Source: Blastocatellia bacterium (lineage in GTDB: Bacteria; Acidobacteriota; Blastocatellia; UBA7656). Taken from it: a stretch of DNA of 64,000 nucleotides. A program made the translations under genes and the position numbers. Of the stretch, positions 23,001 to 32,464 are shown one piece after another (position 1 is the stretch's first letter; each line of letters opens with the position of its first letter). A model generated the notes under the pieces. The model was not told the DNA's origin. It saw nothing but the letters and a program-made list of their open reading frames with translations, and searched no databases. The stretch is taken from contig CAVXWP010000003.1 in the NCBI GenBank assembly GCA_963765495.1, positions 160,001 to 224,000 on the forward strand. The letters run 5' to 3'.

Positions 23001-23561
23001 GTGCTCGTGCTCGACACAGAGGTCTATTCAAACACCGGAGGGCAGGCGTCGAAGGCCACTCCGCTCGGGGCTGTGGCAAAGTTTGCCGCGGGCGGCAAGC
23101 TCACGCCAAAAAAAGACCTGGGATTGATGGCTATTCGGTACGGCAATGTCTATATCGCGCAGGTGGCGATGGGGGCAAACGATCAGCAGACTCTCAAAGC
23201 CATCCTCGAAGCCGAATCGCACGACGGACCTTCGCTCATCATCGCCTATAGCCATTGCATAGCTCACGGAATCGACATGTCGAAAGGGATGACTCAACAG
23301 AAGCTTGCGGTAGAAAGCGGTTACTGGCCGCTATATCGCTTTGACCCGCGGCTTGCTTCGACCGACAGGAGCGCGTTTCAACTCGATTCGAAAGCACCGA
23401 CCATCCCGCTCAAAAACTATATCTACAACGAAGGGCGCTATCGCATACTTTTGCAAAGCGACCCGGCCTCGGCAAGCGTTCTGCTGGCTCTCGCCGAGCA
23501 AGCGGTGCAAGAGCGATGGAAGCATTACACGCGACTCGCGGAGATTTATAAGGGCGAGTAA
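20001..23561 (+). CDS. nifJ: Pyruvate:ferredoxin/flavodoxin oxidoreductase
   Basis: YPITPSS, MQSEGGAAG, two 4Fe-4S CxxCxxCxxxCP motifs, GACAGCGE, GGDGWAYDIG. Confidence 0.97.
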   Translation: MTHEQITIDGNEAAAIVAYKTNEVIAIYPITPSSPMGELSDAWATLKERNLWGMSPVVREMQSEGGAAGVAHGTLQTGALTTTFTASQGLLLMIPNMFKIAGELTSTVFHIAARTVATHALSIFGDHSDVMATRSAGWAMLFAGSVQEVMDFALIAQASTLRARVPFLHIFDGFRTSHEVMKIEKLSDQMIAAMIDSELVREHRGRALSPDHPVIRGTAQNPDVFFQSRERANIYYQQTPDIVEAAMDKFASLTGRRYSLFDYIGAADAERVIVMMGSGAETAEETVRYLAERGEPVGLLKVRLYRPFSNKHLLAALPKTARAIAVLDRTKEPGSAGEPLYQDVVTAIAESFADGGNSFERVPRVIGGRYGLASKEFTPAMVKAVFDELASDNPKNHFTVGINDDVTFTSIDYDADFDTERDDEVRAVFWGLGSDGTVGANKNSVKIIGEETSNYAQGYFVYDSKKAGAVTVSHLRFGPRPIRSSYLIRRANFVAVHQFNFLNRYDVLETAEEGAIFLLNAPYTKDEVWNYLPRSTQEQIIGKKLKFYTINANEVARAAGLGGRINTIMQTCFFAISGVLPREEAVTKIKESIKKTYSKRGETVLKQNYRGVDAALSHLEEVIVPDSVTSDFDRAATVPLDAPEFVRNITAALMSGKGDALPVSAFPADGTYPTGTAAWEKRSIAQEVPVWETDLCIQCGKCVMVCPHSTIRAKVFDGDGAENAPDGFKYMPAKWRELTGKQYTIQVAVEDCTGCRLCVEICPAKDKSNVSRKALNMHPQAPLVERERDNWRYFLDLAEPAQKQALHFNTVKNVQLLEPLFEFSGACAGCGETPYIRLVTQLFGDRAIIANATGCSSIYGGNLPTTPYTVNGEGRGPAWSNSLFEDNAEFGLGMRMAVDQRTAYARQLIERLHPEIGDALAESLLSTDQSTEAGINALRQCVNALKAKLRGNTDPQARDLLSVADSLVKKSVWIVGGDGWAYDIGYGGLDHVLASGLNVNVLVLDTEVYSNTGGQASKATPLGAVAKFAAGGKLTPKKDLGLMAIRYGNVYIAQVAMGANDQQTLKAILEAESHDGPSLIIAYSHCIAHGIDMSKGMTQQKLAVESGYWPLYRFDPRLASTDRSAFQLDSKAPTIPLKNYIYNEGRYRILLQSDPASASVLLALAEQAVQERWKHYTRLAEIYKGE

Positions 23562-23577
23562 CGCGAGGAGGTAAAAC

Positions 23578-24576
23578 ATGGACCTGAAGACCACCTACAT
23601 GGGATTGACATTAAAGAACCCGATTGTGCCTTCCGCCTCACCGCTTTCGCACACGACCGACAGCATCCGTCGGCTGGAAGACGCGGGAGCCGCTGCCGTA
23701 GTGATGTACTCGCTTTTTGAAGAACAGATCGCCGCCGAAAGCTCAAGCCTTGATTACTACCTGAGCCACGGCACGGACAGCTACGGCGAATCGTTAAGTT
23801 ATTTCCCCGAAATGCCCACCTATAATGTCGGGCCGGATGAATACCTGAACCTGATTCGCCGGGCGAAACGCGCCGTAGAGATTCCCATAATCGGAAGCCT
23901 CAACGGCATATCGACCGGCGGCTGGACCAGCTACGCTTCTCTGATCGAACAGGCGGGCGCAGATGCGCTTGAACTGAATGTCTATTACATCCCCACAAAT
24001 ATTTATGAGACAAGCGACGAGGTCGAGCAAATCTATCTGGATATACTCGGCGAAGTAAAGAGAGCCGTAAGCATTCCCGTAGCGATGAAACTCAGCCCGT
24101 ATTTCAGTTCCACGGCGGAAATGGCGCGGCGGCTCGAAGAGGCCGGAGCCGATGCGCTCGTCTTGTTTAATCGTTTCTATCAGCCCGACCTCGACATAGA
24201 GAATCTGGAAGTGATCCCGCGACTGACTCCGAGCAGTTCCGAAGAACTGCGGCTGCCGCTCAGATGGGTGGCGATACTCTATGGCCGGATTTCAACCGAT
24301 TTCGCCATCACCACCGGAGTGCATACGCATCAGGATGTGATCAAGGCGCTGATGGCCGGGGCGAGAGTGGCTATGATGGCCAGTGAGCTTTTGCACAACG
24401 GCATCCGCCGCATCTGGGAGATACTCGTAGAGCTTGAAAGATGGATGGTCGAGCACGAATATATTTCCATAGGGCAGATGATCGGCAGCATGAGCCAGAA
24501 ACACGTATTGGACCCGGCGGCATTTGAGAGAGCAAATTATATGAAGACGCTCGCGTCATATCGCTCATTGGTATGA
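23578..24576 (+). CDS. Dihydroorotate dehydrogenase-like flavoprotein (PFOR-associated)
   Basis: [38 protein letters not shown]. Confidence 0.9.
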   Translation: MDLKTTYMGLTLKNPIVPSASPLSHTTDSIRRLEDAGAAAVVMYSLFEEQIAAESSSLDYYLSHGTDSYGESLSYFPEMPTYNVGPDEYLNLIRRAKRAVEIPIIGSLNGISTGGWTSYASLIEQAGADALELNVYYIPTNIYETSDEVEQIYLDILGEVKRAVSIPVAMKLSPYFSSTAEMARRLEEAGADALVLFNRFYQPDLDIENLEVIPRLTPSSSEELRLPLRWVAILYGRISTDFAITTGVHTHQDVIKALMAGARVAMMASELLHNGIRRIWEILVELERWMVEHEYISIGQMIGSMSQKHVLDPAAFERANYMKTLASYRSLV

Positions 24577-24686
24577 TTCGTGATTTGTGATGCGTGATTC
24601 GTGATTCGTGATTCGTGACCGGAGAGTTGTGATGATCGTGTAAACAGCTATCTGCCTAAATATCACGCATCACGCATCACGCATTA
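24574..24686. repeat. Heptamer tandem repeats arranged as an inverted pair
   Basis: ~6 copies of (GTGATTC)-like units followed by (TCACGCA)x3. Confidence 0.8.
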
Positions 24687-24731
24687 GCAATTACCATGCG
24701 CATTCGTTGAATCGTTTGCACCGATCTTCGG

Positions 24732-24740
24732 TGGTATAAT
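24732..24740 (+). promoter_or_regulatory. Putative extended -10 sigma70 promoter
   Basis: TGGTATAAT ending 19 nt before ATG 24760. Confidence 0.4.
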
Positions 24741-24759
24741 TGGAAGAAAGCAGAAAGCT

Positions 24760-27504
24760 ATGAGCGTTGATTCCAGCCAGACAGAAATCCAGAAAAGCTA
24801 TAAACCATGTGATGTCGTTTTGCGCGATGGTTTGACCGTACACATTCGCCCGATTCAACCCGATGACGAATCGGGGCTGCTGGAGCTGTTCCGCTCGATG
24901 TCTCCTGAATCACGGTGGCTCAGGTTCTTTGCCCCTGTTAAAGAGAGTTCCCTTTCAGCCGAAGCGCACCGCGAAGCCAATATTGATTACGGCAACTCTT
25001 TCGGACTTGTGGCGACCACCGGGTTGCAGGGTCGCATCATAGGCCACGCCTTTTATTCGAGAATAGACGAGAAACGCCCGGAAGACGCCCGGCGCGCCGA
25101 AGTGGCTTTTTCTATCGCGAATGAATATCAGGGGCGCGGGCTTGGAACGATCCTTCTGGGGCAGCTGGCAAAGGTCGCCGCCGAAAATAATATAGGCGTA
25201 TTCGAAGCCGAGGTGATGTCGGCAAATCACAAGATGCTGGGAGTCTTCAGACAGTCGGGCTTCCATGTAGAGGTTAAAGTGGAGGCCGGGCAACTGAGCG
25301 TCAGTTTCCCCACCGAGTTTACGCGAGAGGCGATTGAAAGATTCGAGCACCGCGAACAGATCGCCGCCTCAGCCGCGTTGAAGCTCTTTCTCAGCCCGCG
25401 CTCTGTGGCCGTGATCGGCGCTTCGCGTAATCGAGATTCGATAGGCGGCACGATCTTTAATAACCTGTTGAGCTACGGCTTTGAAGGACTGGTCTACCCG
25501 GTCAACCCGTCGGCGGATGTGATTCAATGCATACGCGCCTATCCTTCGGTTGAAGATATTCCGGGCGATGTCGATCTTGCGGTCATAGTCGTGCCTGCCG
25601 CGCATGTGATCAAAACGGCGGAGCAGTGCGCGCTAAAAAAGGTCGGCGCGATTGTCGTCATCTCGGCTGATTTTGCCGAGACCGGAGAGGAAGGACGCGC
25701 TCGCCAGACCGAATTGTTGAAGGTTTGTCGAGCCTCGGGGATGCGGCTGATAGGACCCAACTGCATGGGCATAATGAATACCTCTTCAGCCGTGAGGCTC
25801 GACGCCACCTTTGCCAGAAGCGTGCCTCCGGCTGGGCGCGTAGGTTTTTCATCCCAGAGCGGGGCGCTTGGTCTTGCCATCATCGAGTATGCGGGAAAGC
25901 TGGGGCTGGGCATCTCTTCATTCGTCTCCGTGGGCAACAAGGCGGACATTTCAGGCAACGACCTCCTGTGTTACTGGGAAGATGACGCGGAAACGGATGT
26001 GATACTGCTTTATCTAGAATCGTTCGGAAGACCGAGAAAGTTCTCGCGGATAGCGCGAAGAGTCGGGCGCAAAAAACCTATAGTCGCTGTCAAAAGCGGG
26101 CGCTCGACGGCGGGCGCTCGCGCTACGTCGTCGCACACGGGCGCGCTTCTTGCCGCCTCAGACGTGACGGTTGACGCGCTGTTTCGGCAATCGGGCGTCA
26201 TCCGCACCGACGCTCTCGAAGAGCTCTTCGACGTGGCCGCGCTGCTTTCAAACCAGCCGCTTCCGGCAGGCAATCGTGTCGGGATACTTACAAACGGCGG
26301 CGGCCCCGCCATACTCTGCGCCGATGCCTGCGAAGCAGGTGACCTCGAAGTTCCGATGCTCGCCGATTCCACACGGGCGCGGCTGCGCGATTTCCTCCCC
26401 TCGGCGGCAGGCGTGTCGAATCCCGTTGACATGATCGCTTCGGCCACGGCTGACGATTACAAACGGGCGATTCGCGTTATGGCCGATGATCCAAACATCG
26501 ATTCTCTGATAGTGATCTTCATCCCGCCGCTTGGAACAAAGGCGGAAGACGCGAGCCGCGCTATCCTCGACGCGGTCCGCGAGATCGAAGGAAGCAAACC
26601 CGTTCTTGCGGTCTTTATGTCTGCCCATGGGCTGCCCGAAGAGTTGAAGGCGGCAGATATTTGCGTTCCTTCATACACTTTCCCGGAAAGCGCGGCAAGG
26701 GCGCTCTCTCAAGTTTCACGTTACGCCTCGTGGCGCAAGCGCCCTGAGACCACCCCGCCTCAATTCGACAACATTCGCAGGGATGAAGCCGCCGCTATAG
26801 TTGCAACCGCGCTCCTCAGAGAAGACGGGTGGCTTACGCCGGAAGAGACCTCCTCGCTGCTTTCCTGTTACGGAGTGCCGCTTGTCGAGCAGAGATTTGT
26901 TCAGAACGCGGAAGAAGCGCGCCTTGCCGCCGATGATATAAAAAGCAGAGTGGTATTGAAGGCCGTAGCGCCGGACCTCTTACATAAATCCGAGATGGGC
27001 GCTGTGCGACTCAACCTTCAGGGAGGCGAGCAGACGCGCGCGGCCGCTTTAGAGATGGCCGAAAGATTGAAATCATATGGACAGACGCCTACCGGCTACA
27101 TCGTTCAGCAACAGGTCGAAGGGGGTGTCGAGATGATAGTCGGCGTCGTTCACGATTCGCAGTTTGGCCCCGTGGTGGCAGTGGGCGCGGGCGGCGTGCA
27201 GGTCGAACTGATGCGAGACCTGTCGGTGCGACTCACACCCATCACAAGAGAAGACGCTTCTCAGATGATCAGAGAGTTGAAGACCTTTCCGCTTCTGACC
27301 GGGTTTCGCGGCAGCGCAGAGTGCGATTTGCAGGCGCTCGAAGACGGGGTTCTTCGCATAAGCGCGATGGTTGAAGATCTGCCGGAAATCGCAGAACTCG
27401 ACTGTAATCCTTTTATCGTACACCGAAACGGCGCGGTAGTCCTCGATGCCCGAATTAGAGTCTCGTCCGCAGGGCCGCCCGAGCTATTGGGCGCGCGCAG
27501 GTAA
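24760..27504 (+). CDS. GNAT plus NDP-forming acyl-CoA synthetase-like fusion (Pat-type protein lysine acetyltransferase)
   Basis: N-terminal GNAT (QGRGLGT), CoA-binding domain (VAVIGAS, GPNCMG), SHTGAL, C-terminal ATP-grasp-like domain. Confidence 0.9.
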   Translation: MSVDSSQTEIQKSYKPCDVVLRDGLTVHIRPIQPDDESGLLELFRSMSPESRWLRFFAPVKESSLSAEAHREANIDYGNSFGLVATTGLQGRIIGHAFYSRIDEKRPEDARRAEVAFSIANEYQGRGLGTILLGQLAKVAAENNIGVFEAEVMSANHKMLGVFRQSGFHVEVKVEAGQLSVSFPTEFTREAIERFEHREQIAASAALKLFLSPRSVAVIGASRNRDSIGGTIFNNLLSYGFEGLVYPVNPSADVIQCIRAYPSVEDIPGDVDLAVIVVPAAHVIKTAEQCALKKVGAIVVISADFAETGEEGRARQTELLKVCRASGMRLIGPNCMGIMNTSSAVRLDATFARSVPPAGRVGFSSQSGALGLAIIEYAGKLGLGISSFVSVGNKADISGNDLLCYWEDDAETDVILLYLESFGRPRKFSRIARRVGRKKPIVAVKSGRSTAGARATSSHTGALLAASDVTVDALFRQSGVIRTDALEELFDVAALLSNQPLPAGNRVGILTNGGGPAILCADACEAGDLEVPMLADSTRARLRDFLPSAAGVSNPVDMIASATADDYKRAIRVMADDPNIDSLIVIFIPPLGTKAEDASRAILDAVREIEGSKPVLAVFMSAHGLPEELKAADICVPSYTFPESAARALSQVSRYASWRKRPETTPPQFDNIRRDEAAAIVATALLREDGWLTPEETSSLLSCYGVPLVEQRFVQNAEEARLAADDIKSRVVLKAVAPDLLHKSEMGAVRLNLQGGEQTRAAALEMAERLKSYGQTPTGYIVQQQVEGGVEMIVGVVHDSQFGPVVAVGAGGVQVELMRDLSVRLTPITREDASQMIRELKTFPLLTGFRGSAECDLQALEDGVLRISAMVEDLPEIAELDCNPFIVHRNGAVVLDARIRVSSAGPPELLGARR

Positions 27505-27510
27505 ATTTAA

Positions 27511-27588
27511 GTGATTCGTGATTCGCGATCTTAAGGAGAGTCGCTTCTTACCGGGAAATTCAAACTTTACGAATCCCGAATCGCGCGC
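27511..27588. repeat. Heptamer inverted-repeat element between convergent genes (possible terminator)
   Basis: GTGATTCGTGATTCGCGA ... TACGAATCCCGAATCGCG. Confidence 0.6.
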
Positions 27589-27593
27589 GGTAT

Positions 27594-28499
27594 TCAGAAT
27601 CGGAAAGTCGCCCCCCGGTGACATTTATTGCAATCGGAAAAATCATCGCCGCCAAAGGCTCGCTCGTTATCGTGACAGGTCCTGCAACTCTGCCCGCGAG
27701 CGGGCGGGAAATGCTCGGTCGCTACAGGAGAACTGACCTGACCCGTTCTACTCATCCCGGCCCTGATCTTATGACACTCATTGCAACTGAGCCGCTTTCG
27801 CGTGTGAGTTGCGTGGCTGAAGTTTACCCGGAAAGCCTTGGCCCATTCCGACGCGCGAACAAACCTGCCCGGCAGGTGGCATACGTTGCACGAAGAGATG
27901 TCCCGCCCGTTTGATTTAGCGCCCGGAGCGTGACACTCAAAGCACGTCTTATGAGCGCCCTCTCCGGCAGGGATCGAGAAGGCTGTGCCGCCTTTCGTCT
28001 GTTTATGACACGTGGCGCAGTTTGTCAGGCGGTTGTGACGCGCGTGATCGAACCTCACACTAAATGTCTCAAGCGCCGGGAATGATTTCAACTGCGGGTT
28101 GCTCGCCCCTGTCTGAGTGTGACAGATACCGCAAAGGGGGCTGTTTGCATCCTGAAACTGTTTCGTGTGACAACCGGCGCAAGGGCTATGGCCCGTCGAG
28201 CGCACAGGCACAGGAGAGTTATCCGAGCGCCTATGGCACAACAGACAGGGAAGACGAGAGTGTGCGGATACGGAGTGCTTGAAGGTCGAATAATCCCGCG
28301 CCCCCTGCGCGCTCGCAAGTTCTGAGCTCTTATCAAAAGAAGTTTCTCGAAATGAAGCCGATGATCGGGCGTTTGAAAAGAGTGTGAGTGTCAGCCATAA
28401 CCCTGCGGACAGAACGATCAAAAAGAGAGCCGCCCGGCGCAAAGCGATGCTCCTTCCAGCCTCGATCCTATCAAGCTTCTTCTCAGGTGTTTCAGGCAT
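27594..28499 (-). CDS. Multiheme c-type cytochrome (c3/c7-like, 9 CxxCH)
   Basis: N-terminal hydrophobic anchor; 9 CxxCH in triheme modules preceded by F-x-H. Start placed at ATG 28499 to avoid overlap. Confidence 0.9.
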   Translation of the reverse strand: MPETPEKKLDRIEAGRSIALRRAALFLIVLSAGLWLTLTLFSNARSSASFRETSFDKSSELASAQGARDYSTFKHSVSAHSRLPCLLCHRRSDNSPVPVRSTGHSPCAGCHTKQFQDANSPLCGICHTQTGASNPQLKSFPALETFSVRFDHARHNRLTNCATCHKQTKGGTAFSIPAGEGAHKTCFECHAPGAKSNGRDISSCNVCHLPGRFVRASEWAKAFRVNFSHATHTRKRLSCNECHKIRAGMSRTGQVSSPVATEHFPPARGQSCRTCHDNERAFGGDDFSDCNKCHRGATFRF

Positions 28500-28513
28500 A
28501 TTATTATGACCGC

Positions 28514-29749
28514 TCACTTCGTCTGATTTATTTGGATCGCGCTCAGATGACTTTCCGGTATTGGTTTTTGACCGTTTCGGATGTGGCATTTCGTACACTC
28601 GAAAGCCGCGTTCGCTTTCTTTTGCGCGACTTCAAAATTAAGCGCGCCTTCAAGAGTCGCTTCAATGTGACAGCCCGTTCCCGCCCCTCCACAGGATTTC
28701 ACCTCTACCCGTGTGCTCTTATCGAGAGTATTGAGCGCCGAGGCATTATGACAGGCGGCGCAATCGAGATCGGCGTGAGGCAGCCATTCGTGCCTGAATT
28801 TTGCCGTCTCGCGCCTGCTCCACAATTTCAAGGCGGTTCGATCCTGCACTTTCATCATCGCCGCAAGTTTCGGGTCAAAGTCTCCGTGCGCGCTCGTCAA
28901 GTCGGTCTGTTTATCCGGCGGCAAGAGATTATGGCACACATTGCAATCGCCCGGGCCGGGTGTCAGACCGCTATCTTCGGAGTGACAGGTAAAACAGATC
29001 GTGTGGCCCGACGGCGGCGTCTTGAATGTTCCTTTCTTTAACCAGAATGCGTCTTCTGCCAGGTCTTTCGGGGGCGCAGTCACATACTCATCATCAGAAT
29101 CCCCCTGCGGCATGTAGGTCTTATGGCAAACCGCGCAGCTTGCCGACTGGCTCTCTTCATAGCCCGGTCTTGCCTTGCGAACAAATGACGCGAGGATGAA
29201 GGGGCTCGATAATCGCGTCGGGCGATCAACCGGGTTCTGCCCGACAATTTCAATATGTTTATCGTGAGGAAAGCTGATGCCGTATTCCGAGGTAAAGCTC
29301 TCTGCCGTTTTCGCTTGATCGAATATCTCTTCCGGGTTTGGGAAAGGATGACGCGAGCTATCGCGCGGCGACGGATTCGTGTGACAGATAAAACAGATGG
29401 CAGGCCGAGCGCCGGTAAAAAACTGCTTGCGATGGCACGGGAGGCAGGAAGCGTGTTCCGGATAATCGGTAATGTCGGGGAAGGCATCTTCCGCCTTGCG
29501 GACCTCTTTCCAGTTTGCGGAAGGAAACTTGTGGCACGCGCTGCACGCCTGTTTCCGGTGATCCGGCACGCGATGAGTGAAGCTGGAATAGTCTGCGCGC
29601 TGCTCTGGATTGCTCGATGGCGCTTTGCGTTTTTGTTTCTTTGACCTCGTTTGAGGGTCCGCGTCGGTCTTTGCAGACGGGCGCGCACTCACCCCCAGAA
29701 AGACGGTGAGCGACAGGATTATTATCAGCTTCGTGATTCGATGATTCAT
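28514..29749 (-). CDS. Exported multiheme c-type cytochrome (8 CxxCH plus one CX6CH)
   Basis: Signal peptide; CSACH, CLPCH, CFICH, CAVCH, CFTCH, CNVCH, CAACH, CTKCH, and CGGAGTGCH. Confidence 0.9.
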   Translation of the reverse strand: MNHRITKLIIILSLTVFLGVSARPSAKTDADPQTRSKKQKRKAPSSNPEQRADYSSFTHRVPDHRKQACSACHKFPSANWKEVRKAEDAFPDITDYPEHASCLPCHRKQFFTGARPAICFICHTNPSPRDSSRHPFPNPEEIFDQAKTAESFTSEYGISFPHDKHIEIVGQNPVDRPTRLSSPFILASFVRKARPGYEESQSASCAVCHKTYMPQGDSDDEYVTAPPKDLAEDAFWLKKGTFKTPPSGHTICFTCHSEDSGLTPGPGDCNVCHNLLPPDKQTDLTSAHGDFDPKLAAMMKVQDRTALKLWSRRETAKFRHEWLPHADLDCAACHNASALNTLDKSTRVEVKSCGGAGTGCHIEATLEGALNFEVAQKKANAAFECTKCHIRNGQKPIPESHLSAIQINQTK

Positions 29750-30007
29750 CTGCCTCTGATCCGATTGCCGTCATTTGTCTATTGTAATCAAGTCTTATGC
29801 CATCTCTCTCGATTTTGCAACGATTGCCGAGAGGGGCGCGATTTTGAGGCTGATTGAGCGGCAGAGGCGGTTTCGCAACTCTAAAGGGATGCTCGCATGT
29901 GGAAACTCACCCATTGATTTGCGTAAAAGCTCGCATATCACCCGCCCGCCAAAACGAATTGCCCGCTTATTCTTTGAAAAACAGGCTGCTCAAGTTTAGA
30001 GTTGAAA

Positions 30008-30023
30008 TGGAACGGTCGTTGCT
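30008..30023 (+). promoter_or_regulatory. sigma54 promoter of the cytochrome c operon
   Basis: TGGAACGGTCGTTGCT (GG-N10-GC). Confidence 0.7.
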
Positions 30024-30061
30024 CTTGAAATAGATTTGAAAGTCCAGTAAGAGGTAAGGAT

Positions 30062-30379
30062 ATGAAAAAGATAAAACTCCTGATCGCCACTATAGTTCTC
30101 TCGATGACAGCGATCACAGGGTTTGGCCTGACGGCTCCGAAAACGAGCGCGACCCGTGATGATTTTGATGCCGCGACATTTTTCAAGGCCAAGTGCGCGA
30201 TGTGTCACGGCCAGAAGGCCGAGAAGAAATTCGACGCGTCGCTGCCGGATGAGGAACTGGTGCAGATAGTTCTAAAGGGCAAGGAAGGAACGCCGAAAAT
30301 GCCGGAATACGGATCGAAGGGCATTGACGCGGAGAAGGCAGCGGCGCTTATAGCTCATATGAAATCGTTGAAGCAATAA
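30062..30379 (+). CDS. Monoheme class I cytochrome c
   Basis: Signal peptide, CAMCHG, KMP axial Met. Confidence 0.9.
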   Translation: MKKIKLLIATIVLSMTAITGFGLTAPKTSATRDDFDAATFFKAKCAMCHGQKAEKKFDASLPDEELVQIVLKGKEGTPKMPEYGSKGIDAEKAAALIAHMKSLKQ

Positions 30380-30495
30380 TCTCTTTCCCTTGCCGGCGAT
30401 CCGGGTTGTTTTTCACCTATTTCAGACGCGGGGTCTGAAGCGCGAAGTGTTGCGCTTCGGACTCCGCGATCATCAACCGGCGGAGCAAGCCTGTC

Positions 30496-32109
30496 ATGAG
30501 AATGATCCTTCGGCCAGCGCGACGGGCCTCCGGTCTGCTTCGCAACTATATAAGCCTGTCGGGCGCGGCCATTGTAGTCGCAAGCTGTATAAGCATTCTT
30601 TTCTTCTTTGTCGCGGAATCGTTTGGCTCCAGAGACAATCCATATCTGGGAATGTTCACCTACATAATCTTTCCCGTCTTCCTTGTAGCGGGACTGGTCG
30701 TTATGGGAATCGGCGCGCTTCGGGAGCGGCGCAGGCGAATCCATGAGGGCGAATCGGAGATTGCGCCTTACCCCACGTTTGATTTGAACGACCCGGCAAA
30801 GCGACGCAGGTTTTTTGTATTCGCCGCTGTGTCATTGATCTTTATTTTTGTAAGTCTGATGGGCAGTTATCGGGCTTATGAATATATGGATTCGGTAGAG
30901 TTTTGCGGACAGGCGTGCCACACGCCTATGAATCCAGAATTCACCGCCTACAAGGTATCGCCTCACGCGCGCGTTCGCTGTACAGAGTGCCACGTAGGGT
31001 CGGGGGCCGAGTGGTATCTTCGGGCAAAATTTTCCGGCGTGCGGCGACTTTACGCCGAACTGCTCAATAACTATTCCAGACCGATACCCTCGCCTGTACA
31101 CGATTTGCGCCCGGCAAAGGATACCTGCGAGCAATGTCACTGGCCAAAGAAATTCTTTGGTTCCAGGTTAAAGACCTTCTCGCACTTTGGCTATGACGAG
31201 ACCAACACTCAGAGGGATTTTCGGTTGCTGATAAATATCGGAGGCGGCGACGAAACCACCGGCCCGGTCACAGGCATTCACTGGCACATGAATCTTGCAA
31301 ACCAGATCACCTTTGTCTCGACCGACGATCAACGTCAGGTAATTCCCTGGGTCAGGCTCAAGGACGGGAACGGAAAGGTGACGGATTACATTGCCGATGG
31401 CGCGGCTTTGACGAGCGACGAAATCGAGCACGCAACAAAGCGACAGATGGATTGCACCGATTGCCATAATCGCCCGACCCATATTTTTCTTTCCCCCGAC
31501 AGGGCAGTCAATGAATCCCTTGCGGCAGGCAGGCTCGATGCTTCGCTCCCTTATCTGAAACGGCAGGCGGTCGAGCTTCTGTCAAAATCTTACGCATCGA
31601 AGGGCGAAGCGATGCGGGCAATCGCTTCGGGGCTGAGTGATTATTACCGCGCAAACCACGCCGATCTGTACCTCGCCAAACAGGGTTCGATCAATCAAGC
31701 GGTCGCTGAAATTCAGCGTATCTTTGACACATACTTCTTCCCCGAGATGAAGACCGACTGGCAGGCTCATCCGGATAACATAGGCCATTTCAATACCGAA
31801 GGCTGCTTCAGGTGCCACGACGGTCGCCACACGAGCAGCGACGGGAAAGTTATCAGAAAGGATTGCGACCTCTGTCACACGATGCTGGATCAGAAGGAGG
31901 AGGGGGCCGCCGTCGCCTTAGAAAACGGGGCCTTCCGCCACCCGGTCAATCTCGGAAATGTCGAGCGGTTCAAATGCGCCGAGTGCCACAGCGGAAAGGG
32001 GTTGAGTTTCAAACATCCGGTCGATCTGGGAGACATCTCTCAATTCAAGTGCTCCGCGTGCCACACGGGAATCAATTATCTGAACGGCCCACAAAGCAAG
32101 AGTAAGTGA
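30496..32109 (+). CDS. Membrane-anchored NapC/NirT-family multiheme cytochrome
   Basis: 3 TM helices, FCGQACH, then 7 CxxCH. Confidence 0.88.
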   Translation: MRMILRPARRASGLLRNYISLSGAAIVVASCISILFFFVAESFGSRDNPYLGMFTYIIFPVFLVAGLVVMGIGALRERRRRIHEGESEIAPYPTFDLNDPAKRRRFFVFAAVSLIFIFVSLMGSYRAYEYMDSVEFCGQACHTPMNPEFTAYKVSPHARVRCTECHVGSGAEWYLRAKFSGVRRLYAELLNNYSRPIPSPVHDLRPAKDTCEQCHWPKKFFGSRLKTFSHFGYDETNTQRDFRLLINIGGGDETTGPVTGIHWHMNLANQITFVSTDDQRQVIPWVRLKDGNGKVTDYIADGAALTSDEIEHATKRQMDCTDCHNRPTHIFLSPDRAVNESLAAGRLDASLPYLKRQAVELLSKSYASKGEAMRAIASGLSDYYRANHADLYLAKQGSINQAVAEIQRIFDTYFFPEMKTDWQAHPDNIGHFNTEGCFRCHDGRHTSSDGKVIRKDCDLCHTMLDQKEEGAAVALENGAFRHPVNLGNVERFKCAECHSGKGLSFKHPVDLGDISQFKCSACHTGINYLNGPQSKSK

Positions 32110-32167
32110 TGCGTGACCTTCAGGCCCAGGCCATTCAGTTTTCTAAAATGTAGGATAGGAAAATAGA

Positions 32168-32249
32168 AATAGCCCACGGATGACGCGGATCGGGCGGATC
32201 TACGCGGATCTGACCTTATATGATTTAATCCGCGCAAATCCGCCGCATC
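32168..32249. repeat. Palindromic REP-like element, partial copy 1
   Basis: CCACGGATGACGCGGAT...ATCCGCG...ATCCGCCGCATC; homologous to 43161 and 47720. Confidence 0.75.
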
Positions 32250-32389
32250 ATTCCTGATGCCGATTGCTGTAACTCAAGGACTGAATGGCCCTGCCTTCAG
32301 TTTGAGCAATTCTCCTGACAGGAGCGAAATTTTCCGCAATCTTCTGCCCGTCCAGACGCCAATACCGCCTGTTTACGCCGGAAAATCAC

Positions 32390-32405
32390 GGGAATGCTTA
32401 TTGCT
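32390..32405 (+). promoter_or_regulatory. sigma54 promoter of hemN
   Basis: GGGAATGCTTATTGCT (GG-N10-GC); AGCGAAATTTTCCGCA at 32323-32338. Confidence 0.6.
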
Positions 32406-32464
32406 TAATGATTATCGCCTGCTGAAACACTGGCGATACTTTACCGATTCCGACGGATGAGATT

